A stretch of DNA of 53,384 nt, taken from Pseudomonadota bacterium. GTDB lineage: Bacteria > Desulfobacterota > Desulfobacteria > Desulfobacterales > JBDRRP01. Numbering within the stretch: position 1 is the first letter of the stretch; every line of letters begins with the position of its first letter. Position numbers and translations under genes: made by a program. The notes under the pieces are model-generated. The model saw only the letters and a program-made list of their open reading frames with translations, did no database searches and was not told the DNA's origin. Of the stretch, positions 7,930 to 19,705 are shown piece after piece. Location of the stretch: the NCBI GenBank assembly GCA_043825735.1, contig JBDRRP010000055.1:62001-115384 (forward strand), given 5' to 3'.

Positions 7930-7969
7930 GGTGTGCTCCTCGCTTTAGGCCGTGTTCAAATTGGGCACG

Positions 7970-9355
7970 CTACATCTTCAACAGGGTGTCGAGCATCTGA
8001 TCCACGGTACTGATCAGCTTGGCCGCCGCATTGTACGCATGTTCAAATTCCACCAGTTTCACCATTTCTTCGTCGATGGAGACCCCCGAAATGGAATCCC
8101 GGTAGTTGGCCAGTTGCGAAAGGGTGCTCTCCTGGTAACTGCGGTAGTTTGAGGCCTTGGCCTTTTCGATGCCGACGGTGCTGACGAGGCCGTTGTAGTA
8201 GTCGTCGTAGGTGGCGCTGCCGCTGCTCATGGTGGCGCTGTATTGAAGGTTGGCCAGAGCGATGGCGTTGCCGCCGCCGCCGGGAAGCCCCCCCAGATCC
8301 GATGCCGCCGCGATACGGCGGGGATCGGCGGAAACGACGCTATTGACCGCCATGTCAGCGGCTGAAGTCCCTGTAAAAAAATTGACGCCTGCGCCGCCGG
8401 TCAGATCGAACCCGGCGGCGTGCTGCGTGTTTACCCGGGTGATCATATCCCCGGCCAGTGCATCCATTTGTCCAATGGCCCCGGCCACAATGGTGTCCCG
8501 GGTGTCCAGCCAGCCCTTGAGTTTGCCGCTTGTGATGGTTGCGTTGACAGGGGCGCCCGGTGCCGTGTCCCAGGCGATGTCGCTCAGCCCGGTGGCGGCG
8601 TTGGTCACCGTGGTCAACTGCCCGAAGGGGCTGATGCCTACCAGTTGATTGCCGTCGTCGAGTGTCACGGTGACCCGGCCGTCGGCGGACTCGGTGCTGG
8701 TAAACGAAATCAGCTCGCCCATATCCCTGAGCAGGGTGTCACGCTGATCGCGCTGGGCATTGGCATGTTGGCCGTTCTTTTCGATGTTGACAATTTCCGT
8801 ATTCAACTCGGTAAGACGGGTGGACATGGTGTTGATGTCCGCCACGGTGCCGGCAATCTGGATGTCGACGTCCTGCTGGACACTGCTCAGATCGGAGCGC
8901 ATCTTCTGGAAAGTATCGCTCAGGTAGGAACTCTTTGCAGTCAGCACAGCCCGCTCACTCGCTCCGGACGGGTTGTTGGCGAGATCCTGCCAGGCGTTCC
9001 AGAAATCACTCATGGCCTGATTGAGGCCATAGCCTTGAGACTCGTTGAATACCATTTCCACCCGGCTCAGTGAATTTTCCTGGGCTTCCCACCGCCCCAG
9101 ATCACCGGCGGCGTCATTGATCTGCCCGCCGATGAAACGGTCGAACACCCGCGCCACATGGGTGGCCGTTACACCGGTGCCGATCTGGCCGATGCTGGGA
9201 TCGTCCAGCTGGGGGGAAGTCACCAGGTTGGTCCGCCGGCGGGTGTAGCCGGGGGTATTCACATTGGCGATGTTATCGCCGGTGACCTGGATATTCTGCT
9301 GCTGGGCGAAAAGGGACTGCCGCCCGATGTCGAGGATGCCGTTGATGGTTGGCAT
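7970..9355 (-). CDS. flgK: Flagellar hook-associated protein 1 FlgK
   Basis: NIANVNTPGYTR, IGTGV, SGVSIDEE...AYNAAAKLI. Confidence 0.95.
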   Translation of the reverse strand: MPTINGILDIGRQSLFAQQQNIQVTGDNIANVNTPGYTRRRTNLVTSPQLDDPSIGQIGTGVTATHVARVFDRFIGGQINDAAGDLGRWEAQENSLSRVEMVFNESQGYGLNQAMSDFWNAWQDLANNPSGASERAVLTAKSSYLSDTFQKMRSDLSSVQQDVDIQIAGTVADINTMSTRLTELNTEIVNIEKNGQHANAQRDQRDTLLRDMGELISFTSTESADGRVTVTLDDGNQLVGISPFGQLTTVTNAATGLSDIAWDTAPGAPVNATITSGKLKGWLDTRDTIVAGAIGQMDALAGDMITRVNTQHAAGFDLTGGAGVNFFTGTSAADMAVNSVVSADPRRIAAASDLGGLPGGGGNAIALANLQYSATMSSGSATYDDYYNGLVSTVGIEKAKASNYRSYQESTLSQLANYRDSISGVSIDEEMVKLVEFEHAYNAAAKLISTVDQMLDTLLKM

Positions 9356-9389
9356 GGGTTATGGCCTTTCGCTGTCAAACGGTGCGGCC

Positions 9390-10936
<1,547 letters not shown>

Positions 10937-10947
<11 letters not shown>

Positions 10948-11326
10948 CGCCTCCTATGCCGGTGAGGGCGCTTATGGTGTCTCGAATCTCCTCGGGAGTG
11001 AACGGCTTGTGGACAAAGGCCGCGCCCAGCTCTTTTAACCGGAAGATGCGCGTCTCACTGCCTTCGGTCGAAATCACCACAACGGGAATGCCCGCGGTCT
11101 CCGGCTTCGACTTCATCTGGCGGATCATTTCCTCCCCATTCATTACGGGCATGTTGATGTCCACCAGGACAAGATCGATCCAATTTTCAGCGAGGGCGTC
11201 CAGCCCTTCCTGGCCGTTGCCGGCCTGGACGACATCTCCCAAGGGGATCTGGGCCATTTTCATGGTTTTCAACACCATGGACCGCATGACCTTGCTGTCG
11301 TCTACGATGAGTACGTTCAACGCCAT
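10937..11326 (-). CDS. cheY: CheY-like single-domain response regulator
   Basis: VLIVDDS, LVDINMPVMNG, ISTE, VHKPF. Confidence 0.85.
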
Positions 11327-11336
11327 GGTTTACCTC

Positions 11337-12200
11337 TTAGCCGTTTTCCTTACCCACGGTGAGATTTTCGGCCAGCTCGTCTATCCACTTCAGGGTCTCG
11401 CTGGCCACTGTTTCCAGATGCATTGTTTTCAAGCCCAGACGCTGGGTGGCTCCCGGGGCCGGGGCGTATTTCAGGCCGTCGTTGCCGATGCCCACGCCGA
11501 TCATCCGGCAAAGCACATTGGCCACATGGACCAGATCGATCATGGCATCCGTCGGGTCGGCCTCGTCGGGGCGGTGATGAAACCGCACTGCCGTGATGAT
11601 GTGCTGCGGAAACGACCATGTTTCCAGGATGCGGGCGCCGATCTCCGCGTGGTCCGCACCGAGTATTCGCTTTTCCGACGCCTGGAATTCTTCTTCCGGC
11701 GCTGAGTCGGCAACCATCGCCGCATAATCGTCCTTGACATAGGATCCCAGAATCAGTTTACCGATGTCGTGAAGCAATGCCGCCGTAAAGATTTCCTCGT
11801 TGGGGGTTATCTTCAGCACCCGGACCAGACCCTCGGAGGCGACTGAAACGGCGATGGAGTGCCGCCAGAGATCGCCGTCGCCCATGTCATATCCTTGGAC
11901 GCCCTTGTTCATAACGGTGCTCATGCACGTGGTCATCACCATCTGGATCAATTGTTTGGAGCCGAGAGTGACGATGGCCTGCCGAAGTGAACCGATCTTC
12001 TGGGCGAACCCGAAATACGAGGAGTTGGCCAGTCTCAGCAGGCCGGCGGTCAACCCTGGATCATAGCGCAGCACGTCTTCGATTTCAGCGGCGGTGACCT
12101 CCGGATCGTTGAGCATGGTGAGCAGGCGGGCCGCGGCCCCCGGTATACTCGGGAAGGCTGCCACCGATGCCAAGATATCTTCGATGCGATCCCGGCTCAT
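11337..12200 (-). CDS. HDOD-domain protein
   Basis: DPGLTAGLLRLANSSYFG, LWRHS, ALLHDIGK, DHAEIG, FHH. Confidence 0.92.
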   Translation of the reverse strand: MSRDRIEDILASVAAFPSIPGAAARLLTMLNDPEVTAAEIEDVLRYDPGLTAGLLRLANSSYFGFAQKIGSLRQAIVTLGSKQLIQMVMTTCMSTVMNKGVQGYDMGDGDLWRHSIAVSVASEGLVRVLKITPNEEIFTAALLHDIGKLILGSYVKDDYAAMVADSAPEEEFQASEKRILGADHAEIGARILETWSFPQHIITAVRFHHRPDEADPTDAMIDLVHVANVLCRMIGVGIGNDGLKYAPAPGATQRLGLKTMHLETVASETLKWIDELAENLTVGKENG

Positions 12201-12676
12201 AGGTCACTCTCCTTGCCGCCGCTGCTGATCACCACCTTGCCGGTGGCCAGATCGAAATAGACCGTTCGGCTTTTGGTGCCTCCGCAGTCCTCTGCAGACA
12301 GCATGACATTGTTCTTCCACAGCAGCTTTTTCAAAAGGGTATGGTTGCGCTCGCCGATTTTGAACATCTCGTTTTTCCCCAGCGGGTTGCCGCACCCGGC
12401 GGCCTTGACCACCAGCCGTTTCTTTTGCCCCCCCAGATCATACAGCTGACGAAACAGTGTCGGCACACCGGTGTCGACGAACATGTAGGGATTGCTTTCG
12501 GCCTTTTCCTTGTTGATCTTGGACAAGGGAAGCATGGCATGCAAGAGTGCGCCGATCTTCAGCTCCGGATCCCAGACCGTCAGCCCCAGACAGCTTCCCA
12601 GAGCGTGGGTGACCAGAACGTCTCCATTATTTCCGATCTTCATGTCACTGACGACTACGACGTGTCTCATTGGCAT
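12197..12676 (-). CDS. cheD: Chemoreceptor glutamine deamidase CheD
   Basis: THALGSCLG, HAMLP, FKIGERN, EDCGG...R (start may be 12670). Confidence 0.92.
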   Translation of the reverse strand: MPMRHVVVVSDMKIGNNGDVLVTHALGSCLGLTVWDPELKIGALLHAMLPLSKINKEKAESNPYMFVDTGVPTLFRQLYDLGGQKKRLVVKAAGCGNPLGKNEMFKIGERNHTLLKKLLWKNNVMLSAEDCGGTKSRTVYFDLATGKVVISSGGKESDL

Positions 12677-12742
12677 TAACCCGTCTGTTTCTGATCAGCA
12701 TGGCGTTTTCCCAAAGGGCGCCGGCTGCACTGTGGGAGCCTT

Positions 12743-15352
12743 TCAGGCAACATGTTTGTCCATTGTTTTTTGGACATCATGGGTCTGCTCGAAGTTTTCG
12801 CTGTTTGCGAATTTAACCAGGTTTCCCACGTCCAGGATCAGCCCCACGCGCCCGTTGGGCATGATGGCGCCCCCGGAGATGCCGGGGATGTCCTGCATGG
12901 TGTCGCCGAGGGTCTTGATCACCACCTGCTGGCGGCCGATCAGCTCATCGATGACGAAACCGGCCTGGTGGTTGTCATCTTCCACCACCACCACCAGATC
13001 GTATCCGCGTTCGGTGGTGTCGGCGGGAATGTTATAGATGGATGACAGTCTGAACAGGGGAATCAGGCGCCCCTGCAGACGCAGCATCTGCCCCTTGCTC
13101 ATGACCGTGGAAATATCCGAGGGCTCGGGCTTGATGGAGCGGATGATGGACACCGTGGGAATCACGTATCGATCCTTGCCCACCCGCACCACCATACCGT
13201 CGATGATGGCCAGGGTCAGGGGCAGGCTCATCTTGAACACGCTGCCGCGCCCGGGCTCGGAATTGATTTCCACCTGCCCCCGCAGCGATTCGATGTTCCG
13301 GCGAACCACATCCATGCCCACCCCGCGGCCGGAGACGTCCGTCACTTCCTTGGCGGTGGAAAATCCCGGTTCGAATACGAGATTGTAAATGTCCTTATCG
13401 CTGGGGGTGGTGTTTTCCGGCACCCGTCCCCGCTCTCGGGCCTTTTTTAGGATAGCGTCCCGGTCCAGCCCCTTGCCGTCGTCACGGATTTCCACCACCA
13501 CCCGGCCGGCGGAGTGGTAGGCCAACAGTTGAACAGTGCCGTTTTCGGATTTTCCGGCCGCCGCACGCGCCTCCGGAGGTTCGATGCCGTGGTCCACGGC
13601 GTTTCTGACCATGTGCACCAGCGGGTCGCTGATCACGTCCACCAGGTTGCGATCGATTTCGGTGTCCTCGCCTTCGGTGTGGAAGGTAACTTTCTTTCCG
13701 ATTTTTTTAGCCAGGTCCCGTACCAGGCGCGCCATTTTGTTAAAAGTCGCCTTGAGGGGAACCATGCGCATGGACATGCTCATGTCCTGCAGTTCCCTGA
13801 CGATCTTGGTGGTGTGCAGCACTTTCCTTGCCAGCTCGTGGTTCTGGCCCTGGTTGATGACCTCGTCCTGGGCCACCATGGAGTGGGCGATGACCAGTTC
13901 TCCCACCATATCGATGAGACGGTCCAGGCGCACGGTGCTCACCCGCACGGACGCGTCCATCGTGGATTCTCCGGCCTTCATCTTTCGCTGGGCCCGAAGC
14001 GCCTGCCCCACTTCCGTCACCGAGGCGGCCTTGCTCTTGACCAGGCGCGAGCCGATGGGCGCCTCACCATCGGCGCCTACGGCCGCTTCAACCGCTTCCC
14101 GGTTGGCCTTGCCTTGAGCCACCAATAGATCGCCCAGACGCGGGGTCTCCATGTCGTCGACATCGTCTGAGATGCCTGCGGCTTCCGGATCGACCAGCAC
14201 CTGCATCAGTTCGTCATAGCCGCCCGGTTTGGTGAAAGGACCACCAGAGGTCAACGCTTCATGAACGCGGCCCACCAGATCTTTGATCATGTCCAGGGCC
14301 CGAAGGCTCAAATCGGCGTATCCGCCGCTGTATCTGATTTCCTTGTCTCGCACGCGGCTGAGCAGTGATTCCGCGTGATGGCCCATCTCCGCGATGAGGG
14401 TGAGTTCCATGAAGGCCGCTGTTCCCTTGACCGTGTGAAAGGCCCTGAATACGGTGCCCACCGAGTCCATGTCTTCTGGATCGTTTTCCAGGGCCAGCAG
14501 GGCATCCTCGGCCTGGGCGATAAGATCCGATCCCTCGGCGATGAATTCGCCGAGCAGTTCCTGGTCCGGTTCATCGGGCATGTAATCATCGCGATCGGCA
14601 GCGACACTCGCCGCGACGCTGGCATCGCGACCGGCGGATTCTGTCTGAGTCTTGGCAGCCGCGCGTGCGGACGGGGCCGGTGCTTTAGGGGCTACGGCGC
14701 CTGGCGTTTCGCGGGCCTCCATGGCCAGTTCGATAATTTCACAGACCTCTGCAAGGACCGTTTCAGCATTTTCGTCTTCGCCGCTCGACAGGTCCCGAAG
14801 ACGGGAAGCCGCCATTCGGGCCATGTTTGCCGGCACCATGTCCAAGGCATCGCTGTCGGAGAGCCGGGTCAGCGAATCGGCAAGTGCAGCGATATCCGCC
14901 AGGTCGCCAGGCTCCAACTGGACCAGCATCGCGGCGGCGTCGTCCAGACTGTACGAAAGGCGATCGTCCTCTGGATCCGGCGGCGCCACCAACTCCGGCA
15001 CATCGTCGGCGCCGGCGGTGGCCGCAACGATTCCTTCGACGGCGCCGTCGAGATCATCCTCGCCGGATTCCGGATCGCCCAAAGCCCGGGCGGCCGCAGT
15101 GAGGGCATCGGCCAAAGCGGCTACCACGGAGAACAGGTCGCCCGCCGCCTTATGGGCGATGACCCGCACCGCGCGCTCGCACGCGGCAAGCACCCCGGCA
15201 ATATGTGATGCGTCTTCCGGGAGCGCCTCCCGAATCCGCCAAATGGCACCGTAGGCCATGGTCCAGCCGTCGATGTCATTGAGACTGATGGCTTCAATGT
15301 CTTCAGCTGTTTTCTGCAGACGCTCGATCCAGGTGTCGGTGTTGCGTGTCAT
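12743..15352 (-). CDS. cheA: Chemotaxis histidine kinase CheA with long N-terminal extension and MshEN-like motif
   Basis: Hpt FRAFHTVKG, dimerisation VGELVI, HMVRNAVDHG, DDGKG, GFSTA, SGRGVGMDVV, C-terminal CheW domain. Start likely MTRNTDTW (ORF track extends to 15388). Confidence 0.95.
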   Translation of the reverse strand: MTRNTDTWIERLQKTAEDIEAISLNDIDGWTMAYGAIWRIREALPEDASHIAGVLAACERAVRVIAHKAAGDLFSVVAALADALTAAARALGDPESGEDDLDGAVEGIVAATAGADDVPELVAPPDPEDDRLSYSLDDAAAMLVQLEPGDLADIAALADSLTRLSDSDALDMVPANMARMAASRLRDLSSGEDENAETVLAEVCEIIELAMEARETPGAVAPKAPAPSARAAAKTQTESAGRDASVAASVAADRDDYMPDEPDQELLGEFIAEGSDLIAQAEDALLALENDPEDMDSVGTVFRAFHTVKGTAAFMELTLIAEMGHHAESLLSRVRDKEIRYSGGYADLSLRALDMIKDLVGRVHEALTSGGPFTKPGGYDELMQVLVDPEAAGISDDVDDMETPRLGDLLVAQGKANREAVEAAVGADGEAPIGSRLVKSKAASVTEVGQALRAQRKMKAGESTMDASVRVSTVRLDRLIDMVGELVIAHSMVAQDEVINQGQNHELARKVLHTTKIVRELQDMSMSMRMVPLKATFNKMARLVRDLAKKIGKKVTFHTEGEDTEIDRNLVDVISDPLVHMVRNAVDHGIEPPEARAAAGKSENGTVQLLAYHSAGRVVVEIRDDGKGLDRDAILKKARERGRVPENTTPSDKDIYNLVFEPGFSTAKEVTDVSGRGVGMDVVRRNIESLRGQVEINSEPGRGSVFKMSLPLTLAIIDGMVVRVGKDRYVIPTVSIIRSIKPEPSDISTVMSKGQMLRLQGRLIPLFRLSSIYNIPADTTERGYDLVVVVEDDNHQAGFVIDELIGRQQVVIKTLGDTMQDIPGISGGAIMPNGRVGLILDVGNLVKFANSENFEQTHDVQKTMDKHVA

Positions 15353-15398
15353 CGTTTGTCCCTGAAGTTGATGGTGTGTCCGATCCAAGGGTTTTCAG

Positions 15399-15899
15399 TC
15401 AATATGTCCCACTCAGCACTCTGCCGGTGCGCCCTGTCGGGGCAAATCGGCCGGAACGCCGATAAACGGCCTGCGGGTTCAACAGGTGATCGAGCAATCT
15501 CATGGCCCCGGCAACCCACTTCACAGAATGGGCCAGCAATGATGCGTTTCGGGTGTTCATGTCATTGACACGCACCAGCGTGGTCACCAGCGCCTCCCGG
15601 GATCGTGTCAACCGCTGTGCCGTGGGAAGATCGAGGCGCGCAACCAAACGCGAAAACGAAACCGGGCCGGATGCATTGAACCAATCCCGATTGAGGGCAT
15701 GGGTCAGCACGACGCGACGTCGCTCCAACTGGGAAATGGCGTTAATCAGCATCTCCTTATCGGACCGGGCGGCATGAAGGCCGTCCAGGCTGGAGGCAAT
15801 GGTTGCCACGCTTTCCTGATGCAAGATTTCCACCATTCTTTGATAAATGACGGTCTCCTGCGTCAAAATATCGATGAGCGCATCTATTGGGTTGTCCAT
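15399..15899 (-). CDS. flgN: Flagellar export chaperone FlgN
   Basis: Downstream of flgM; helical; N..NASLL and C-terminal Y...G motif; GGAGAG RBS before MDNPIDAL. Confidence 0.8.
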   Translation of the reverse strand: MDNPIDALIDILTQETVIYQRMVEILHQESVATIASSLDGLHAARSDKEMLINAISQLERRRVVLTHALNRDWFNASGPVSFSRLVARLDLPTAQRLTRSREALVTTLVRVNDMNTRNASLLAHSVKWVAGAMRLLDHLLNPQAVYRRSGRFAPTGRTGRVLSGTY

Positions 15900-15943
15900 T
15901 GGCTCGCTCTCCATGCCACTGGTGCCGGCTTCTGCCCGATGGA

Positions 15944-16249
15944 TCATGCCATCTGGTCGAATACGGATTCCTTGATCATATTGAATGCGATCTTCTCGCC
16001 ATTGACGGAATAGGTACCGGCCGTGAGTCGCCGGCGAATCTGATGCACCCTGTCTTCATTCACATCGGGAAGTGATGAGACCCGCTGCCGGGCGTCCTGG
16101 ATTTCCATTGCTTTGGGCGAGAGCACCACTTTGTCGGCACTGCTGCCTGAAGCCTGACGGTGATGTCGCCCGGCCGCGGGGGCGCTGCTGCGCGGGTCCG
16201 GGGTATAAACGTCAATGGCGTCAGAATTCAGTTTTCCAGTTATTTCCAT
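15944..16249 (-). CDS. flgM: Anti-sigma28 factor FlgM
   Basis: DKVVLS...LPDVNEDRVHQIRRRLTAGTYSVNGEKIA. Confidence 0.9.
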   Translation of the reverse strand: MEITGKLNSDAIDVYTPDPRSSAPAAGRHHRQASGSSADKVVLSPKAMEIQDARQRVSSLPDVNEDRVHQIRRRLTAGTYSVNGEKIAFNMIKESVFDQMA

Positions 16250-16734
16250 GGGGTCCCTCTCTTTTGTCGGTGCAGGTCAGGGCCATCTGGCGACACTAAA
16301 ATGGCGTCTTCGTCCCCTGACCTCGGTTGACGCTCATTTGAGTTATCGGTCCCGGACGCTGAAACCTTTAGCGGCGGCGCGGCCGGTCCTTCGGGCGCAC
16401 CATCGGCAGACGCCTGGTTTTGGGACAGTTGCGCCATAAGCACCCGCGCCAGCCCCAGACCACCGGACCCTGCGATTTGCCCGGCCAGCGCCTCGTCATG
16501 CATGCCCTTGAACATCTCCTCGGCATTGTTTTCTTCAAACAGTCCGCCTTTTGGAATCGACTGGCGCATCTCCTTGAGCAACTGATTGATAAACAAGGAT
16601 TCCATCTCCTGACAGACGCGTTTGAGCTCATCCGGCGAGCGGGGAGCGTCGGAACGGACGGCGGCGGTGCGGACGCGGTGGGTGCTGCCGCCGGCCACGG
16701 AATCGACGGGCACTGTGGGTGCCAAGGGGCTCAT
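16240..16734 (-). CDS. flgJ: Rod-binding (single-domain) FlgJ
   Basis: ELKRVCQEMESLFINQLLKEMR...MFKGMHDEALA...GGLGLA; no muramidase domain. Confidence 0.85.
   Translation of the reverse strand: MSPLAPTVPVDSVAGGSTHRVRTAAVRSDAPRSPDELKRVCQEMESLFINQLLKEMRQSIPKGGLFEENNAEEMFKGMHDEALAGQIAGSGGLGLARVLMAQLSQNQASADGAPEGPAAPPLKVSASGTDNSNERQPRSGDEDAILVSPDGPDLHRQKRGTPWK
16343..16370 (-). promoter_or_regulatory. Sigma28 (FliA) promoter for flgM, inside the flgJ 3' end
   Basis: Minus strand TAAA-N16-ACCGATAA about 95 bp upstream of flgM. Confidence 0.65.
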
Positions 16735-17891
16735 TACATGATCTCCAGTCTGGCCTGCAGAGCGCCGGCTTGTTTGATGGCCTGGAATATGGCGATAAGA
16801 TCCCGGGGGGAGACCCCCAATGTGTTCAAGGCCCGAACCACGTCGCCGATACTCACTCCGGACTCCACGAGAAAAATGGGGGAGCGTTCCTCTGACACGG
16901 CCACGTTGGACTCGGGCGATACCACCGTCTGCCCCTGAGAAAACGGCAGGGGCTGGTTGACGTCTTTGGTTTCACGGATCTGAATGCTTAAATTGCCGTG
17001 AGCGATGGCGATGGTGGATATCCTGACATCGGCGCCCATGACCACGGTACCGGTACGCTCGTTGATGACCACCCGGGCGGCATTGTCGGGACTGACCTCC
17101 ACGTTTTCGATCAGGGTCACCAGAGACACCGGGTTGTCTCGATAGGGGCCAGGGATCACCACGTTGACGGTGCCCCCATCAGGCGTGTTGGCATAGCTAC
17201 CCAGCAGCGCCGCGTTAATGGCGGCCGCCACCCGGGCCGCCGTGGTGAAATCAGCCCGGTTGAGGCTGAAGGTCATGATGTGGTCCTGGGCAAAGGAAGT
17301 GCGCACCGACTGCTCCACCGTGCCGCCATTGACCACACGGCCCACGGTGGGAAAGTTTTTCTGGATCCCGCCTCCGGATTTCCCGGTGGCCTGAAATCCG
17401 CCGGTACTGACCGGCCCCTGGGCGATGACGTAAATGTTGCCGTCGCCGCCTTTAAGGGGCGTATAGATCAGGGTGCCGCCCTGGAGGTTCTTGGCGCCGC
17501 CGATCGCGCTCACCAAAACATCGAGGCGGCTGCCCACGCCGACAAACGGCGGCAGATCGGTCGTGACCATGACACTGGCCACGTTGTCGGCGGCGATGTC
17601 GCCCGGCTTGACGGTGACCCCCATTTTATCGAGCATATTGCTCATGGTCTGAACGGTCATTTCGGCGCTGCCGTCACCGGTGCCGTCCAGACCGATCACC
17701 AGTCCATAGCCCACGAGCTGGTTGGCCCGGACCCCTTTAAGATCGGCCATGTCCTTGATGCGCATGGCGCTGGCCGGCTCCGCCAGCAACATCAGCACGA
17801 CCAGCATCACACCGGTGGCGGCCCGTATCCGCCCAACCAGGTAGGCGCTGCCGGTTATCCATCGAGGGTAGTATCCGGGCAATAACGTCAT
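16734..17891 (-). CDS. flgI: Flagellar P-ring protein FlgI
   Basis: RIKD...NQLVGYGLVIGLDGTGD, NERTGTVV, GALQARL. Confidence 0.96.
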   Translation of the reverse strand: MTLLPGYYPRWITGSAYLVGRIRAATGVMLVVLMLLAEPASAMRIKDMADLKGVRANQLVGYGLVIGLDGTGDGSAEMTVQTMSNMLDKMGVTVKPGDIAADNVASVMVTTDLPPFVGVGSRLDVLVSAIGGAKNLQGGTLIYTPLKGGDGNIYVIAQGPVSTGGFQATGKSGGGIQKNFPTVGRVVNGGTVEQSVRTSFAQDHIMTFSLNRADFTTAARVAAAINAALLGSYANTPDGGTVNVVIPGPYRDNPVSLVTLIENVEVSPDNAARVVINERTGTVVMGADVRISTIAIAHGNLSIQIRETKDVNQPLPFSQGQTVVSPESNVAVSEERSPIFLVESGVSIGDVVRALNTLGVSPRDLIAIFQAIKQAGALQARLEIM

Positions 17892-17911
17892 GGTATCCGT
17901 CTCCTCACCCT

Positions 17912-18670
17912 TTAAAAGGGCCAGATCGTATCAAACACCCGGGTGAGCATGCCCGGTTTCTGACGGTCGTTGATCACACCGGCACCGCTGTAATAAATCT
18001 GCGCATCGCTCACATGCCGGGAGAGCACTTCGTTGTTTGGGGAGATATCCTTGGGGCGGATAATGCCGCTCAAGCTGATGATCTGCTCCTCGTTGTTGAT
18101 GGTGACCGAGCGCGATCCGGCGATGAGCAGATTGCCGGTGCTGGTAATGGCATTGACCCGGGCGGAGATATAAGCGGTGAACTCACCGCTGCGCTTGGTT
18201 TCCCCAGTGCCTTTGAAGTCGCTCTGGATACCGCTTTTCACCTGGGCAAAGGGGTTGAAATCCGTGCGGGTGTCTGGGAATTTCTTCTCCAGGTTGAAAA
18301 AGGCGTTGAGCTGGGCGTTGATGCTTGAATCCCGGTCGGTCTTTGTGGTGGCCTTGTTGATGGCCTCGGCCGACTCGACGATGCGCACGGTGACGATATC
18401 GCCCACCCGACGGGCCTTCACGTTGGAAAACATATCGTTTAAGGCAGCATCCTTTTGCCACAAAGAGCCCGGGTTGATGCTTTCCAGTGACGCTGAAGGC
18501 GGCTCCGGTGTCTGCAACACCACTGGCGCCGCAGCCAGGGGCGGTTTTTTGGGGATACTGTCGGTCACGCACCCGGAGACGGATAAAACCGCCAGGAGGA
18601 GAATAATGCCGGATGCCCGGCCCAAGTGCCATTTTTCTGAGGCTGCCGTCATCGTCGTATTCCTTTCCAT
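17912..18670 (-). CDS. flgH: Flagellar L-ring lipoprotein FlgH
   Basis: Lipobox VSGC, PGSLW, KARRVGDIVTV, GIIRPKDI, C-term WPF. Confidence 0.95.
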   Translation of the reverse strand: MERNTTMTAASEKWHLGRASGIILLLAVLSVSGCVTDSIPKKPPLAAAPVVLQTPEPPSASLESINPGSLWQKDAALNDMFSNVKARRVGDIVTVRIVESAEAINKATTKTDRDSSINAQLNAFFNLEKKFPDTRTDFNPFAQVKSGIQSDFKGTGETKRSGEFTAYISARVNAITSTGNLLIAGSRSVTINNEEQIISLSGIIRPKDISPNNEVLSRHVSDAQIYYSGAGVINDRQKPGMLTRVFDTIWPF

Positions 18671-19674
18671 CAGAACGCCACCTTTACCGTTTTAGAATCA
18701 ACGACACGCGCCATAACACGCCGATTGGATTCAAGATTGATTACGCTGACCTGCTCACCGCGTCGTCCCTTTTCCTTCACTTCGCCCAGGGTACTCACAG
18801 TGAGTCCGCCGATTTCAAGTACGATCTTGACGATATCGCCCCGATCCACCAACGGCGGTCGCGCCACCAGGTCTTCCCTGAGCGGCGTGTCGATATGAAG
18901 GGTGCGCCGGGCCCGAAGCCCGATCACGTCTTCGGGGCTGGTGATAACCCCGGTCGGCAGCTCGGCCAGATCCATGTCCACAAGCTTGATGTCCGCCTCG
19001 GAGATGGACTGGTTGCGCCCGATAGGTTGGCTTGTCACCACCACCTGGGTTGTCACGAGAAGGTTGACGGTAACCCAGGTCTTTTCCCTGAGGATGCCGT
19101 CCACGTAAAACTCAACCGTGAACGGGATCGTCCGCAGAAAGTCCAGTCGCGGCGGCGGCAGAACCCGGTAGGTGATCTTGCCGGAAGGCAGTACGGTCTC
19201 TCCGTTTACCGTAAATTTCACCACGCGAACACGATCGGAAGGCCAGGGAGTCCGTTTCAGAAGGTATCCCATAACGATCTGTTCCAAAAATGCGTCGGAA
19301 ATTGTCACGGCGTTTCGATGAACCAGGATCCGCTCGGGCACCTGCAGAGAAACGGTGTCGATGGCCACGCCGCCCTTTTGCAGGTACGCCGTAATGTCGG
19401 CCCTGTCGATGATCCGGGTCTGCCCCGGGTCCGGAGCCTCCCCGATGGACACCGCCCCAATAGCCTGACGCACATCGGCCGCTCCGCCGGTCACGTCGGC
19501 CACATGCATCAGCTGCAGGTGCTGTGGGTCGATATAGACGTTGTCCGGGGCTCGCACACTCACCCGGTCGCCGGCATCGGTCGCAGCGCAAAGCAGCATC
19601 GAGGCCATCAGGCAAAGCACCGCCAAAAGCGGCCTTGCAAGGTGTTTCGTGTTGCGTTTCCGTCGGCTGTTCAC
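18670..19674 (-). CDS. flgA: P-ring assembly chaperone FlgA
   Basis: SAF domain, PPLVDRGDIV, NLES; located between flgG and flgH; probable GTG start after GGGGAGG. Confidence 0.9.
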   Translation of the reverse strand: MNSRRKRNTKHLARPLLAVLCLMASMLLCAATDAGDRVSVRAPDNVYIDPQHLQLMHVADVTGGAADVRQAIGAVSIGEAPDPGQTRIIDRADITAYLQKGGVAIDTVSLQVPERILVHRNAVTISDAFLEQIVMGYLLKRTPWPSDRVRVVKFTVNGETVLPSGKITYRVLPPPRLDFLRTIPFTVEFYVDGILREKTWVTVNLLVTTQVVVTSQPIGRNQSISEADIKLVDMDLAELPTGVITSPEDVIGLRARRTLHIDTPLREDLVARPPLVDRGDIVKIVLEIGGLTVSTLGEVKEKGRRGEQVSVINLESNRRVMARVVDSKTVKVAF

Positions 19675-19705
19675 AAGTTCACCCTCCCCATTGCGATGCA
19701 TGGCG

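Noticed and set aside
12677..12742. VQPA-containing stretch between cheA and cheD as a cheR remnant
   Set aside because: Only a four-residue resemblance; insufficient without an alignment.
16240..16734. FlgJ lacking the muramidase domain
   Set aside because: Single-domain FlgJ is common outside the beta/gamma-proteobacteria.
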